NCBI GenBank assembly: GCA_963829525.1
Contig: CAWHIJ010000003.1
Coordinates: 192,001 to 256,000, forward strand
Source of the DNA: an uncultured Actinomycetota bacterium
GTDB taxonomy: Bacteria; Actinomycetota; Actinomycetes; JAHEKZ01
Length of the DNA stretch: 64,000 nucleotides
Direction of reading: 5' to 3'
Below, one piece after another: positions 63,782-64,000 of the stretch. Every line of letters begins with the position of its first letter. Position 1 is the stretch's first letter. The position numbers and the translations under genes are program-made. The notes under the pieces were generated by a model. That model ran no database searches. It was not told where the DNA came from and was given only the letters and a program-made list of their open reading frames with translations.

Positions 63782-64000
63782 ATGAGGACTGCCTGCTCTC
63801 GCCTTCGTACCGATGACTCAGGCAGCATCGTCTTCGGCTGGCTCGGCCGGCTCACCCTCACGCTGACCTTGCTCGGAGTGATCTGCTTTGAGGTTCTGTC
63901 GATCGTCGTGACTCGGGTGGGTCTCGACGACGTCGGACAGACAGCCGGCGATCGTGCGCTGACCGTCTACGCCGAGACGAGGAACCCGACGAGCGCCTAC
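63782..64000 (+). CDS. Partial TadE/TadG-like pilin-type protein
   Basis: MRTACSRLRTDDSG-SIVFGWLGRLTLTLTLLGVICFE: prepilin-like DxG site followed by a hydrophobic helix; open to the window end. Confidence 0.55.
   Translation, partial: MRTACSRLRTDDSGSIVFGWLGRLTLTLTLLGVICFEVLSIVVTRVGLDDVGQTAGDRALTVYAETRNPTSAY

Overview
High-GC actinobacterial chromosome segment, probably near the replication origin. The right third is the conserved dnaB-rplI-rpsR-ssb-rpsF / xth / femX-racemase / GT87-ponA / padR-ino1 / cca / DUF6049-murJ block; FemX suggests glycine-bridged peptidoglycan as in Nocardioides/Streptomyces-like lineages (inference). The left two thirds are accessory: FadE5-like dehydrogenase, Trx-NHL protein, C69-like Ntn hydrolase plus PLP decarboxylase, ECF-anti-sigma-ABC operon, 2-oxoacid dehydrogenase E1a/E1b/E2, a cydABDC-dosS operon facing dosR with DosR-type boxes, a DUF222-HNH gene with a PafBC-type promoter and a 30-bp hairpin tandem array, an Lrp-SDR-aminotransferase unit and a glycerol kinase/dehydrogenase-like unit. 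Frameshifts cluster between about 20.6 and 34.3 kb; those that could be resolved are single-base insertions, most likely sequencing errors. Unannotated signals include a candidate structured RNA (12520-12618), a dispersed intergenic motif and three deletion-type gene remnants. No rRNA, tRNA or true CRISPR array was seen. Family calls come from motif recognition only; no searches were run.
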